Assembly (NCBI RefSeq): GCF_016432865.1
Contig: NC_067398.1
Span: forward strand, 698,306,001 to 698,370,000
Source of the DNA: Antechinus flavipes
Lineage: Eukaryota
DNA: 64,000 bases
Reading direction: 5' to 3'
Of this stretch, positions 1 to 11,423 are shown in pieces. A program made the translations under genes and the position numbers. Under the pieces are notes generated by a model, which was not told the DNA's origin, did not search any database, and was given only the letters and a program-made list of their open reading frames with translations. Every line of letters begins with the position of its first letter. Position 1 is the stretch's first letter.

Positions 1-83
1 GGTGGGCACGGGCTGCTTGGATCCCTCCCAGGTGCCACCCCCCCATCCCCCACTGGCTGCCCCTCACAGGCCGGCTCCCTCAC

Positions 84-193
84 CTCGGCCGCGGCCCCGG
101 CCCCGATTCCAGCCTCGCCTCCTGGCCGCTCCCTCTTCCTCCTCGTCCGAGTCCCGGTCCCCAATCTTGTGCTTCTGCTTCCACTTCTGATAG
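84..193 (-). CDS. DDX54: DDX54 coding exon 19 (YQKWKQKHKIGDRDSDEEEEG...)
   Basis: cctcag acceptor, G|gtgagg donor, 110 nt, phase-compatible. Confidence 0.93.
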
Positions 194-453
194 CTGAGGT
201 CAGCAGTTAAGGAGGCGCCCGGATGAAAAGAGCTGGAGCTGGGGGGGCCCTTGGGGACGAGCCGGTCAGACCCCCCTCATTTTCCAGATGGGGAAACTGA
301 GGCGGGGGAGAAGAGTGCAGGGAGGGTCTCAGGGCCACCAGAGGGAGGGGGCGCAGTGGCTCCAGATCTAATTTTCTCCTGCTCCTCCTGCAGAAGGGAA
401 GACCCCCCCCACCCCGGGGGCCAGCCCCGTCCCACCGCAGGAGGAAAGGATAC
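194..453 (-). other. DDX54: U12-type (minor spliceosome) GT-AG intron of DDX54
   Basis: 5' splice site GTATCCTTT; branch site TCCTTAAC at 206-213, about 11 nt from the AG. Confidence 0.93.
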
Positions 454-558
454 AGGTCCCTCTTATAGGAGCTGCTGATGTACCGGCCGCTCTCCGTCTT
501 TATCTTCTTCTTGTCCTCCTGGCCCGTGGCCCCCACAAACCGCTTCTTCTTACGGTCC
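454..558 (-). CDS. DDX54: DDX54 coding exon 18 ([35 protein letters not shown])
   Basis: 105 nt; followed by U12-type donor GTATCCTTT. Confidence 0.95.
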
Positions 559-677
559 CTGGAGGCCAAGGAGGGGGAGGGGAGGCAGAGCTGGGCTTCT
601 CCTCGGGGCATGACCTCTCCCCTCCCCCCATTTCCCCCTCCCCCCTCCTCCCCCATTACTTCCCCCTCCCCCCTTAC

Positions 678-791
678 CACTTCAGCTGCTGCCGGCTCTT
701 GGTGAGGCTGTGGGCCTCGTCGCCCATGAGGTCGAGGACGGCTCCGGACGCCTGCTGCTCGAAGGCGCTGCCCTCGCCCCCGATGCTCAGG
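678..791 (-). CDS. DDX54: DDX54 coding exon 17 ([38 protein letters not shown])
   Basis: 114 nt, ctcag acceptor, TG|gtaagg donor. Confidence 0.95.
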
Positions 792-906
792 CTGAGGGAA
801 GAGGGTTTGTGGCGTGGGCAAAGGGTGGCACCTCCCCCTCCCTGGCGGGGTCCCTCGTCCCTCCCTTGCCCCCACCCCTGTGACCCCCCCTTGCTGCGCC
901 CCTCAC

Positions 907-1049
907 CCCCGCTCGCTGTCGAAATCCTTGGGCCGGTAGGGCACATAGAACTCCTCCTGCCGCTGCTGGGGCGCCCCCTTCCGCCTCTTCTCCTGGCCCG
1001 GCGCTGAGGGCCGCCGTCTCTTCGGGCCCAGGACCTGGGTGAAGGCCTC
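907..1049 (-). CDS. DDX54: DDX54 coding exon 16 ([13 protein letters not shown]...[16 protein letters not shown])
   Basis: 143 nt, ccccag acceptor, GG|gtgagg donor. Confidence 0.93.
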
Positions 1050-1484
1050 CTGGGGAGGAGGGCCACAGCCGGGCTGAGCGGTCCCCCCGCTCGGTGCTCC
1101 CTCCCCGTGACTTCGCTCTGCCCCTGAGCCTCGGCTTCCCCTCCTGTCTGACCCTCCCCCCACCCAAGCCAGACTAGGGGCCAGAGTAGACGGGGGAGGG
1201 ACGGCAGGACAGACAGACATTTATTAAGCGCCTCCTGTGCTCAGACCCCCAGGTGCGGAGGGTGAGGCCCGGCCTCGAAGTTACAAAGGACTGGGCAGGT
1301 TGGATCTCGTGAGCTGAGACCCCACCTCTCCCCCCCGGGAGGCAGCTGCTGTCCCTACACCCCTTTACGGAGGAGGGACCCGAGGCAGCCAGAGGAGGGT
1401 TAGCGACCGCGTGTCTGGGGCTCGGGCTGTCCTGAGCCCCCCGCCCCCCCAATAACTCCCCGGAGGCCCCGGGCGCATCTCCAC

Positions 1485-1691
1485 CTCCACATCCTGCTCC
1501 TCCTCCAGCTCCTCCTGCTCCTTCTCCGGCTCCCGGCTCGTGGGCAGGCGGGGGGCCGGGCCGGGCTGGGCCTGCTGCCGCTCCTGCTGCCCCTGCTGGA
1601 ACTTGGCAATGGCCTTGTGGTCCCGCTTCCGCTTGGCCCGCATCACCTGGCTGCCCGGGTCCCGGGTCGTGGTGTTGATCTCAAAGATGGT
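1485..1691 (-). CDS. DDX54: DDX54 coding exon 15 ([33 protein letters not shown]...DVE)
   Basis: ccgcag acceptor; donor weak (GAG|gtggag), so the 3' boundary is less certain. Confidence 0.85.
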
Positions 1692-3087
1692 CTGCGGCAA
1701 GAAAGAGCAGAAATCCCTGACTGTGCCCGTGTGGGCTAGGGCGGGGCTGGCCTCCTCCAGGGAGGCCCCCATGACTGACTCCATCTGCAGCTCTGGCCTC
1801 CTCCCTATTTGTATCCCCTGGGCTGGACCAGGTGCCTGGCACACAGTAGGTGCTTAATCAATGCTGATTGATCAAAGAGATGCCTGGGGGTGCTGGGAGG
1901 GCTTGATGGGGGTCACCAAGCCAAGATGTGTCTAAGATGGGACTCGAACCCCATCTTCCTGACTCAGGCCAGCTCTCCAGGCGCGACACCGGCTGCCTGC
2001 AGTGACAAGAATCAGGAAAACATCCCTCCAGACAAAAAATAAAAGCGGACACCAAGGAATTTTCAAGACCAAGTTAGGCCCCCAAGAAGAGCTGGAAAAG
2101 CACGGCCTAGGAGACAGGACCTTGGAGTCCTAAGTGTGCCTTCGGACCCTCACAAGTTCTCTGTGCCTCAGTTTCCCCATCTCTAGCCCTGACGGTCTTT
2201 CCTAGCTCAAAGTCTGAAGGGTGGGGGCCTACAGGTGTGGAACACTGCAAACCCTGCTAGTCTCCGGTAATGTGTTTGTTGATTTGACTCAAGTGCCCTT
2301 AGTTTTAACGTGTTTGTCACTCCCGGTTTGGACGACCGTGACACTGGCTCAGAACAGAGCGGTGGGTCAGTGAGACAGGTTGGGTTCCTGGGACAGCGTC
2401 AGTGACGTCAGTCACCAAGTGCTTGATTATCCTGGACTCCGGCTTCTGGGACAAGGACTCGCCCTCTGACACGAACTGCCGGGAAAACTGGAAGAGGACG
2501 GCGGGAGCTGGGCCCCGGGCCGCACCGAGCACCGGGGGAGGCCAAAAAGGCCTCGTGAGATGTGACAGTGATGCTGTAAGCAAATCAGGACAAGGGACCT
2601 CTCCCTCTCAGATCTGGGGGGAGGGAGAACTTTGTGGCCGGAGAAGGACTGGAGGACACCAGGAAATGCAAAACGGGTAACTGAGCATATTCAACTAAAA
2701 AGGGTTTGTACAAACACCTCTCTTTGTGGCTTGCTGGGCAGGAGGGACACGCTCCTGAACGTCGGGCAAAGATCCCGAGCTGTGTGACCTTGGGCAGGTC
2801 ATGGACCTCTCTGAACAACAAATAAGGGCTGGACCCCGGGGCCTCTGGGAGTCCATCCAGATGCAACCCAAGAGCTGCTGAGGCCGAAATGAAAAGGGAT
2901 GAGAACAAGAGGGCTGAGAACTAGGGGGAGGGGCCGCGGGGCCGCAGAGCCGCTTCTGGGGTCCGCCTGCCACGTATGTCTGGCCCCGAGTTCTGCCTCT
3001 GAAGCCTCGGTATCCCTAGGCCCTCCCACTGGGCCCTCCCCCCAGACACCCCCAGACCCTCCCTCCAGGCCGGGCCGTCTCACTCAC

Positions 3088-3161
3088 AGCCCGGGAGCGG
3101 TAGTTCTTGATGCTGTCCACGAGCTTCATCCTCTCCAACTCCTCGTCCTCAAACTGGGAGC
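3088..3161 (-). CDS. DDX54: DDX54 coding exon 14 ([24 protein letters not shown])
   Basis: 74 nt, ctccag acceptor, GCT|gtgagt donor. Confidence 0.94.
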
Positions 3162-3243
3162 CTGGAGGAAGAGCCCGTCAGAGGAGGCCACCCTGCCCAG
3201 CCCGGGGCTCCCCTCTCCCCCAGGGAACGGGACGGGCACTCAC

Positions 3244-3471
3244 TGAAAAGGGGGTGCAGGCCCAGGAGGGTGGGGTCCAGGTCCTTGGCCCTCTTGATGG
3301 ACTCTGGGGAAGGCCCCGGCCGAGAACGGCTGTACTGCTTGTGGGCGTTCTCGGCCACGCGCCGCAGGCTCTGGAGCTCCGAGGAGCCGTCGTGGTCCGT
3401 GAGCAGGCGGCATTCCTCGTCGTCCACCACGTTCCGAGGCACGCGGCCCAGCACGCCGTCCGGAGAGGCAT
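3244..3471 (-). CDS. DDX54: DDX54 coding exon 13 ([15 protein letters not shown]...LGLHPLF)
   Basis: 228 nt, phase 1-1, A|gtgagt donor. Confidence 0.94.
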
Positions 3472-3850
3472 CTGGGGGAATTCTGGGACTCAGGAGGCCC
3501 GTCCCCGCTCCGCCCCCGGGCTCCCCACCCCCAACTGCCAGAGCTGAAAGGGAGCCAGGAGGCCCCTGGATCCAAGCACTTCTTTACTAATAAGGAAACT
3601 GAGGCAGATGGGGGGAGTGATTTGCCCAAGGTCATTTACTAAGGGAGGACTGGAACCCAGGTCTTTGTGACTTCAATGCCAGCGGCCGATCCAGCTCTGC
3701 ACTGATGGCACCAAAGACCCGAGTTCAAATCTTGCTCTAGATTTGCTGCTCTATGATACCTAAGTCACTCCCTTCTTTCTTTCCCAGTCCCATCCCGAGC
3801 TCCTTCTCCACTTTGGGGTCCCACCAGCCCCCAGACCCAGGCCCGGCTAC

Positions 3851-3985
3851 CTGAGGGCTTCTCGTGGGGCCTGGCGAGGACGAGGGGGCGGCCCAAGAAG
3901 AGGTGAAGGTCAAAGACGTAGGGGACCTCATCCGGGGCCACCAGGGAATACGCGGTGCCGCTTCGGCCCGCGCGGGCCACACGCC
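3851..3985 (-). CDS. DDX54: DDX54 coding exon 12 ([34 protein letters not shown])
   Basis: 135 nt, helicase motif VI. Confidence 0.96.
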
Positions 3986-4364
3986 CTGTGGAAGGAAAAG
4001 AGAGGGGCAGTCGTGACAGGGGCGCCTGAGCGAGCACTCGGGCCTGGCTGCTCCCGGGCTGCCCGGCCCTGGGCAAGTCGCCTCAGGCTCCCCATCGGTA
4101 AAAACGGTTTCTGCTCTGTCGGGCTCAGAGACCCGGCGGGGGATAACGGAGTCAGAGACGCGGCTTCTGGCAAAGTTAAGAGGGACGCGTGAATGAGAGC
4201 CTCAGCTGCTCTCAACGAGCCCCTTGGCTGTCCCAGCGATACCCCTAGCTCTCCCAACAGGCCTTGAGAATATAAAAGATCAGGACTGGGGGCCCTAGAA
4301 CAGGGGGTGTCAGGGGGGCGTAGAGCACCCCCCTCCAGGGCAGGGCTGCCAGGCTGGCACTCAC

Positions 4365-4575
4365 CCACTCGATGCAGGAAGAGCTTGCTCTTAGCAGGGA
4401 AGTTATAGTTGATCACGTTGTCCAGCAGCGGGATGTCCAGGCCCCGGGCGGCCACGTCGGTGACGATGAGGGCGGAGCACTTGCCGTGCACAAACTTGGC
4501 CAGGTTGATCTTGCGTGCCGTCTGGTCGAGGGCGCTGTAGATGTGGGTGCAGCACACACCCTGGGTGGTCAGCAG
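4365..4575 (-). CDS. DDX54: DDX54 coding exon 11 ([28 protein letters not shown]...[32 protein letters not shown])
   Basis: 211 nt, motif V. Confidence 0.96.
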
Positions 4576-4601
4576 CTGAGGGAGGGCGAGAGAAAGAAGG
4601 C

Positions 4602-4625
4602 GGGGGGGGGGGGGGGGGGGGGGGG
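4602..4625 (+). repeat. G24 homopolymer (poly-C in the pyrimidine tract before DDX54 exon 11)
   Basis: Direct reading. Confidence 0.95.
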
Positions 4626-4880
4626 CTGGCTACGGAACAGGGACACAGCGACCCCCATTTCCCGCCCAAACCCCCTGGGAATCAACAATCCCTGTCACTA
4701 AATAGCCGCTGTGGACCAGGACTATGCTGGGAACACAAACACAACTGAGGCAGTCTCTGTCCTCAAGGGGCTCCGGATCCCCTGGGGTGGGAGGGGATGG
4801 GGAGGCGGAGGGCCCGGGGGTGGGGAGCACACGGTACAGGCAACAATCAGAAAGTGCATCATGCGACGGCTGTGTATGGG

Positions 4881-4910
4881 TGCGTGTGTGTGTGTGTGTG
4901 TGTGTGTGTA
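4881..4910. repeat. (TG)n microsatellite
   Basis: Direct reading. Confidence 0.9.
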
Positions 4911-5286
4911 TAAATGCATGTATGTTAAGAATACACACTAAATATGGGCGGTGCACATTAAACATTACACGTGGACATATGAAACCTACATGTGTATGGC
5001 AGTGGTGCTGTATGTGTGCATGTCCATGTGGGAAACACCCATAGAACTGACACATACCCTTGCACACAAGGAGACACATGTGACATGTGTGCACTCATGG
5101 GTTAACCACACGCACACTTCTGCCCCCATCTATCCAGGAGGTCAGCCCGACGTGCCCTGGGCCTGGGTGGGGTTTGGGGGGCTGTGCTGAGGAGGGGGCG
5201 CCTGCCCCCTGCTGGTGCTGCTGGGGAATGCCTCCCGTTGCCCAGGACTGAGCGGGAGGGGTCCCTCCGGGGCTCCGGCCCCTCAC

Positions 5287-5418
5287 CTCTGTGAGATACT
5301 CCGCGTGGTGTTTTGTGGCCACGAAGACCACGGTCTGGTCCTGGGGCCGGACGACGTTGCGCAGGAGGTGGAGGAGCACGGCCGGCTTGTCGTCCTCACG
5401 GATGTGGAAGAAGGCCAT
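5287..5418 (-). CDS. DDX54: DDX54 coding exon 10 ([44 protein letters not shown])
   Basis: 132 nt, motif IV. Confidence 0.96.
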
Positions 5419-5851
5419 CTAAGGGTGGGAAGGGAGCATGAGCGCCAAGGGGGACCCTCCCGGCCAAGTCACCCCCACTCCCCCGGGCTCTAGTGAAGGA
5501 GATAGGGGCCTGTGAGGGCCATCGGGGCCAGCCTCTCCTCAGCCTCTGGGAGCTGCCCAGGGCGCCGGCCAACACGTGGCACAGGCAGGACCTGAACTGG
5601 GTATTCCAGGCTCAAGTTCCTCATCCACCGGGGCAGGAGGATTCAAGCTCAAATGAGATAAGAGACATGCAAATAACATGTAAATTATCAAAGGCTTGAT
5701 GTGCAAGGAGCCGTTCTTTCCTGCCTTGGCCCATACTGGGCCTCCACGGAGGCCCTTCTCTGTTCTTCCCTGCAGGTGCGTGGAGGGGGCCCAGGAGGGG
5801 CCTCCAAGAGAGGCATGAGAAGCGCTGGGCAGAGCCGAGGACCTCACTCAC

Positions 5852-5913
5852 CTTCAACTGCTCGTTGAGTTTGGTGTCCACATCGAGACGGATCAGCACC
5901 GGCTCCGTGAGCC
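5852..5913 (-). CDS. DDX54: DDX54 coding exon 9 (LTEPVLIRLDVDTKLNEQLK)
   Basis: 62 nt, AAG|gtgagt donor. Confidence 0.95.
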
Positions 5914-6132
5914 CTGGGGGAAAGCAGGGAGTGAAGATGGAGGTGGGGGGCTGGGGAGTGGGCAAGGAGGCCGTGAAGGACGGGGGTGGAGCGGGGGCTC
6001 AGTGCGTCACAGCACGCCACATCCTCGGGGAAATCCCCAGCTAGCCAGGAGCCCCCTTTCCCCACGTGATCCCATTTCCCCCCAAAGGAGGCTCACAACC
6101 AAGGGAGCCCAGGGAACGGATGGGGCGCTCAC

Positions 6133-6254
6133 CGGCACGGGCAAACTCCACGAGGAGCTTCGGCAGCGTGGCCGAAAAGAGCACGGTTTGGTGGTCCTCG
6201 GGAAGGCGGCTGATGATTTCCTGCAGCTGCTCGGCAAAGCCCATTTCAAAGAGT
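6133..6254 (-). CDS. DDX54: DDX54 coding exon 8 ([40 protein letters not shown])
   Basis: 122 nt, motif III SAT. Confidence 0.96.
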
Positions 6255-6709
6255 CTGGAACAAGAGGGGCAGAGCAAATGAGGCGGCCGGCCTCTGGCCC
6301 TCAGCCAGATCCCAGGAGGGCTAGGCAACAGCAAGCATTTATTAAGCCCTCTCTCAGTGCGGGGAGGACACAGCCCCCTCCCCTCGGGGGCCAGCACACA
6401 GATCTAGGATTACGCAGGACGGTCACACACAGGGGAGCTTGCGAGGGGCACTTGGGGGTCAGTAAGGCTGCACCTGAGCTGTGCCTCGAAGGATGCTGGG
6501 GGTTCTAGGAGTAACTAGGTCCCTGACCAGCTCTCTTCAATCTCCTCCTCAGGAAAATGGAAAAGATCATCCCTGCCCTCTCTACCACAGGTGCAAAAGC
6601 TCCCTGCAAACCTGACAGGTACAGATAGGGGCCTGTCATGATGAGAGAGGGATAAGGCCGGGGTGAAGCGAGGGTGCCCTAATTCTCCCAACGCCCAGGC
6701 CCGCCTCAC

Positions 6710-6805
6710 CTGTCCGCCTCATCAAAGACGGCGTATTGCACACTGTGCAGTTTCAGGTTCATCTCCACGGCCACGTGCATCAGGCGCCCAGGGGTGGCGA
6801 TGATT
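6710..6805 (-). CDS. DDX54: DDX54 coding exon 7 ([32 protein letters not shown])
   Basis: 96 nt, motifs Ib and II (DEAD). Confidence 0.97.
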
Positions 6806-6933
6806 CTGCAATGGGACAGCACCTCAGTCACCCCAGGCAGCACCTGCCCCTCCCTCTCCCTCTCCCTCTCCCAACCCCAAGGCTGTCTGGCAGGGAGGGG
6901 TCTGGAGACTTCCTTCTTGCTCTGCACACTCAC

Positions 6934-6975
6934 ATATCTGGGTTCTCATGCAGGGCTGCAAACTGGTCTTCCATC
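6934..6975 (-). CDS. DDX54: DDX54 coding exon 6 ([14 protein letters not shown])
   Basis: 42 nt, ctacag acceptor, AT|gtgagt donor. Confidence 0.94.
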
Positions 6976-7612
6976 CTGTAGAGAAGAGAAATGAAAGCCT
7001 CCGTGTCACCCCAGGAAGAGTACACAGCAACAACCTTGACATGGGATCCTCTGGAGCCAAATATTCTGGGTGAAGAACTGGCTTTAGGGCTAGAGGATCT
7101 GGGTTCAAGGCCTGATTCTGATGCTTATTCCTCAAGTGTAAAATAACCCACACAGAGGCCTCTGGGGTAACTTCTGGTCCCATGATGCCCTTGAAACCTA
7201 AGCCTCGCCACCCCGAGGAGAGAAGCAGTCTAAAATAAGGACCCTGGATATGGAGAAAATGTAGCCCCAAAGGAATCCAGGCTACATCCATAAAGTTCAA
7301 GAAGGGATGAGATAAACCCCAAATGGGGAAACCCAAAGTCAGCAATCACACCAGCACTGAACATTCCACACTTAAACACACCTAAACCCACGACTGCCCC
7401 CAGCCTCCACATCCAGAGCTCAGCCTTTTCTCTGCACCCTACCCGGCTCCAGGCAGCAACCAAGCTGTCCTAGGCCGAGTGTGCCACCTGGTGGTCAGTC
7501 CCAAGAACTGTACGGCTTGCTATCTCTTCCCTGCCACCTTTCTTCCCTTTCCCAAGGACAGTTACATATTCTGTTTTTCTCTGACCCACAGCTCAGGAAA
7601 TCCCTAAGCCCT

Positions 7613-7614
<2 letters not shown>

Positions 7615-7668
<54 letters not shown>
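7615..7668. repeat. (CA)n microsatellite, about 27 units
   Basis: Direct reading. Confidence 0.95.
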
Positions 7669-7671
<3 letters not shown>

Positions 7672-10298
7672 GCTCTCTCTCACATCACTTTCTCTGTTCT
7701 ACGCTTTCTTCCAACACCTTCTGTCCGTTCTCTCTGTGCCGCCCAGTCCTGCCCTCATCTCATCTGCACACTAAAGCAGGGCTCTCAGGGGGGTGGGTAA
7801 GCTGCAGCAGCAGCAAGGATGCTGCGTGATAAGGAACGGAAACCCCCAAGTTTAACAGAAAGCCAACCATCCCCAAGAATGAGGGACGCCGACCACGAGA
7901 AGCCGGCAGGACAGGAGATCACGAAGAGCTCACTCCTGCTGTGCTTCTACAATGAGAGGCAGGGCCCGAGTCCTGCCTCTGCCACACACTGGCCGGGGCA
8001 CCCTCGGGAGACGTCTTAACCGCTCCGTGCTTCAGCCAATTCTCTAAAACCAGAGGCAAGAGTATGAAACGGTGGAAAGAGCGCCGGGTTTGGTGCTCTA
8101 GGACCTGGGCTCTGCCATCTATGTGGCTCTCAGTTTCCTCGTCTGTGAAACAAAGGGGGCAGAGGACAGAATCTCGAAAACCTCGCAAGTTTAAATCTAG
8201 GATCTAACTTAGGAGGGAGTTTCTGCCCTGGGAACTCTCCACAACAAGAAAATCTCAGGGCCAGACAAGACCCCACAGAATGAGAATCAGAGGAACAGCA
8301 GAAACCTGTAGCAGAGAGAGGGAGCGAAGAAACAGGAGAACGCACACACAATGATGACAACAGTCTCTATGCTTTTTTAAAAACAGGCCGGAGGTGACTG
8401 TACTCGGTTAATTACAACGCCCAATCTTGGAGGAAACGCGGTTCCCCTCTCAGGAGAGTGGGGGAGAGGACGTGGCATCCGGGACGTGGCCCTGGGAGAC
8501 GCGGCCCCTTCTCGGGGCTGGCTCTGCCGACCTTTATTCTGAGAGTCCAATGGTGGGAGGGTAGGCAGGGGAGGCGAGTCAGGAATGACTGACACACCAA
8601 GCCAAAGACATCGCTAGGCCATTAAACCCCAACACAGCAACCCCTGGGGATGGCAGAACGGGCCACGGTCCGTGAGGACTCATTATCATGACAACAAATT
8701 GGGAGGGAACAAGAAACTACAGAGAAAAATGGGAAAGACTTGGATGCAGTGCTGGAAAGGGAGCCCAGAGCCAGAACCACAGCATCCACACTGAGTCCCA
8801 CTGGGGAGCGCGGCAGCGCGGCCTTCTGGGTGCAATGTCACACTACGTCAGGAGTCAGAACCAGGTTTAAATCCCCGCGCAGACCCATCAGCGGTATGAC
8901 TGGGACCAAGAACTCTGCCAGAGCGCAGCGTCTCCTAAAAACCGGAGGTAACAATCCCCGGCTTGCTAAATCTCGCTGTAGTCTTGTGGGACCCAACCCA
9001 GTATCTGCAAAAGGCTTTGTCACCTTTCAAGAGCTACAGAATCACTTATCATTATTATTTCAAAATGACAACAGAAGTTATAGAAGAGAGTCTAGAAAAA
9101 CACAAAAGAAAACCAAATGGGACAGGAGTCTAACCTGATTCTCCCCAGAGTCAGGAAGCTGGGGTTCAAATCCCACCAGAGCGGGGCTGCACACTCGGGG
9201 CCCCCTCTTCCTTACAACAGGGGGGCAGGCTCAGATGAGGTCTACACTTTCGAGGATTGCCCCGCTCTGTGCACCCGTCAGCACTACAGCAGCAGGCACA
9301 GTGAGCTCTGGTCCCCTCTGCAGCCCCAGGGGCCGGGGGCGAGGGATCACTGCCCTTGCCCCCAAGGTTACTGGTTGGCGGTTACCGGTGGCGGCCCTGG
9401 CCCAGGTGGGACATACGCTGTGTGGGTGGAGGTGGAAGGCAGGGAGTGAGGAGAGCCTGTGTTAACCTTCAGAAGATACCATCTCCGAGGCAATCCACCA
9501 GAACCAGAATTCAGGGCTGATAGAGCCCCGAGGAGCAGGCCAACTGATGCTCTTGGAGCCAGAAAAGGAACGGGGACAGAGAAGGCAGGAGTGACAGCCT
9601 TGGAACTAAAAGCTCCCCAAATGCGCAAAGCACCATTACTGAGATATTCTGAGTGGGGGCTTTGGGCTCAGGGGGGACGGCCTGAGGGGACCAGAAGGAC
9701 GCGAGGCTCCAAAGCGTGGGAAGGCACAGGAGGAAGAAAGAAGCCTGGGGACAGGACAGCAGACTTGGGCTCTGCCACTTATTGCAGAACAATGGGATCT
9801 CTAGGTCCTGGCTAACCATGAGAACGTGGCTCCCGGATCTGTCAGAATAGGGATCCTGCCCCTGGCTGCCTCACAAATGTACTCTGAGGATCGGGGGGAG
9901 ATCATGGATGTGAAAATCCACACCACACCCTGTCTGTTAACATGTGGCCCGAGGCCCAGAGTGGGGGGCGCTCCCCCTTGGGTCACACAGCCAGTTCCAA
10001 GGCAGAGACGGTGTTTGAACCCTGACTCTCCAGACTAAATCCTGACCGCCAAGGCACAAGGCTGCTACAGAACAGAAGGCCCCACAGGAGGGGGGGAGGG
10101 GGAGGTCTATGGGGGATGGATGCTGCCCGGGTCAGTCTCTCTGAGGGGCCGCTGGACTCTGCCGAGTTGGGACTCCTGACAAAGGCGGGGACAGTGTCGC
10201 AAGGTAGGTTTGTATTGGAAAATGGAAGGAGGTGAGCCAACAAAGGATGGCAAAGACATACTGGCAAAGGAAAACGCCATGAGGGAAGAAGCTCTTAC

Positions 10299-10348
10299 TT
10301 GTCTCCCCCGAGGATCAGGGCTGTCTTCAGGCCAGTGAACTTGCCCAG
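10299..10348 (-). CDS. DDX54: DDX54 coding exon 5 (LGKFTGLKTALILGGD)
   Basis: 50 nt, AA|gtaaga donor, GG doublet. Confidence 0.94.
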
Positions 10349-11234
10349 CTGTGGAGCAAAGGAGACAAAATGAGGTCAGAGAGCTGAGAAGGAAAGTGCA
10401 GCCTGCCCTCAGGGGTCGATCCCAGGGGAGACTCATTGCCCTGGGCCACAAGGCCTTAACCAAGGTCCTGAATTTCTTTTTTTTCATGGAGATAACTGTG
10501 CCTCACCATATGGATGGTGCTCGCTTTAGGTAAACTCACATTACACAAATTCAGCTTTATGTAAAGAATTCTGAAAGAAACCTGCCCTCTACAAAAACCC
10601 TGTTAACTGCTGTACGAGACTGTGCTCCTGCCCCTCAACCTGGGGCTCCACAGCCTCTCCCAATCGCCCCTCAAAACCCCTCCAAGTGAAAGCAGCAGAA
10701 CAGCCCATGGGGAGACCCCGCCTCTGCTGCTGGCAGGCCAGGGCTTGGCCCGAGCCCCAGAGCCAAGAGAGGAGACCTTCGCCTCGCCCTGTCCCCCTGT
10801 CCAGTACCCCTCCTCTCTGCCTCGCTGCTCCCTTGTGCCTCCCCACTCATGTTCTTCCTCTCTGTTCAGGCAAGTCCCCACATGGTTGGCCCTGGCTCGG
10901 CCTTTCTCTTCCTGCTCTCCCTCTTCTGCTGTTTTCCAGGGTCCTTCTCTGCCTTTCTCTTTCCCTCAGAGTTTATACTCCTCCTTGCCTCTCTCCCTCC
11001 CCCCACATTTACAGGCAAATTTCATTACCCAGAAACCTCCTTTCCCCTGAGGTCTGCAGAACAGTACACTTCCTTAAAGCAAGAATGGCCTCTAACTGGC
11101 TTCCTTTCTAGTCTCACAGATCTTTTATGCATTTAAAACCATGATTCGGAGCAGGATCCACAGGCCCAAAGGTCCAGGCCACACAAAAGGTGGAGTGCCC
11201 ACCCCCCACCCCACCCGTCCAGCCCCCCGCTCAC

Positions 11235-11423
11235 CTCCTTGGTGAACTTCATGGTCTGCAGAGCCAGCTCTCGGGTGGGCGAGAGGATGAGGGCCCGGGC
11301 ACCTGTCTGGGCACTGTGGGCCTTGAGTTTCTCAAACATGGGGATGAGGAAACAGGCTGTCTTTCCACTACCCGTTCGGGCCATGGCCACTACATCTTTG
11401 CCGTCCAGAATCACCGGGATGGT
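11235..11423 (-). CDS. DDX54: DDX54 coding exon 4 ([34 protein letters not shown]...[16 protein letters not shown])
   Basis: 189 nt, Walker A and motif Ia. Confidence 0.97.
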
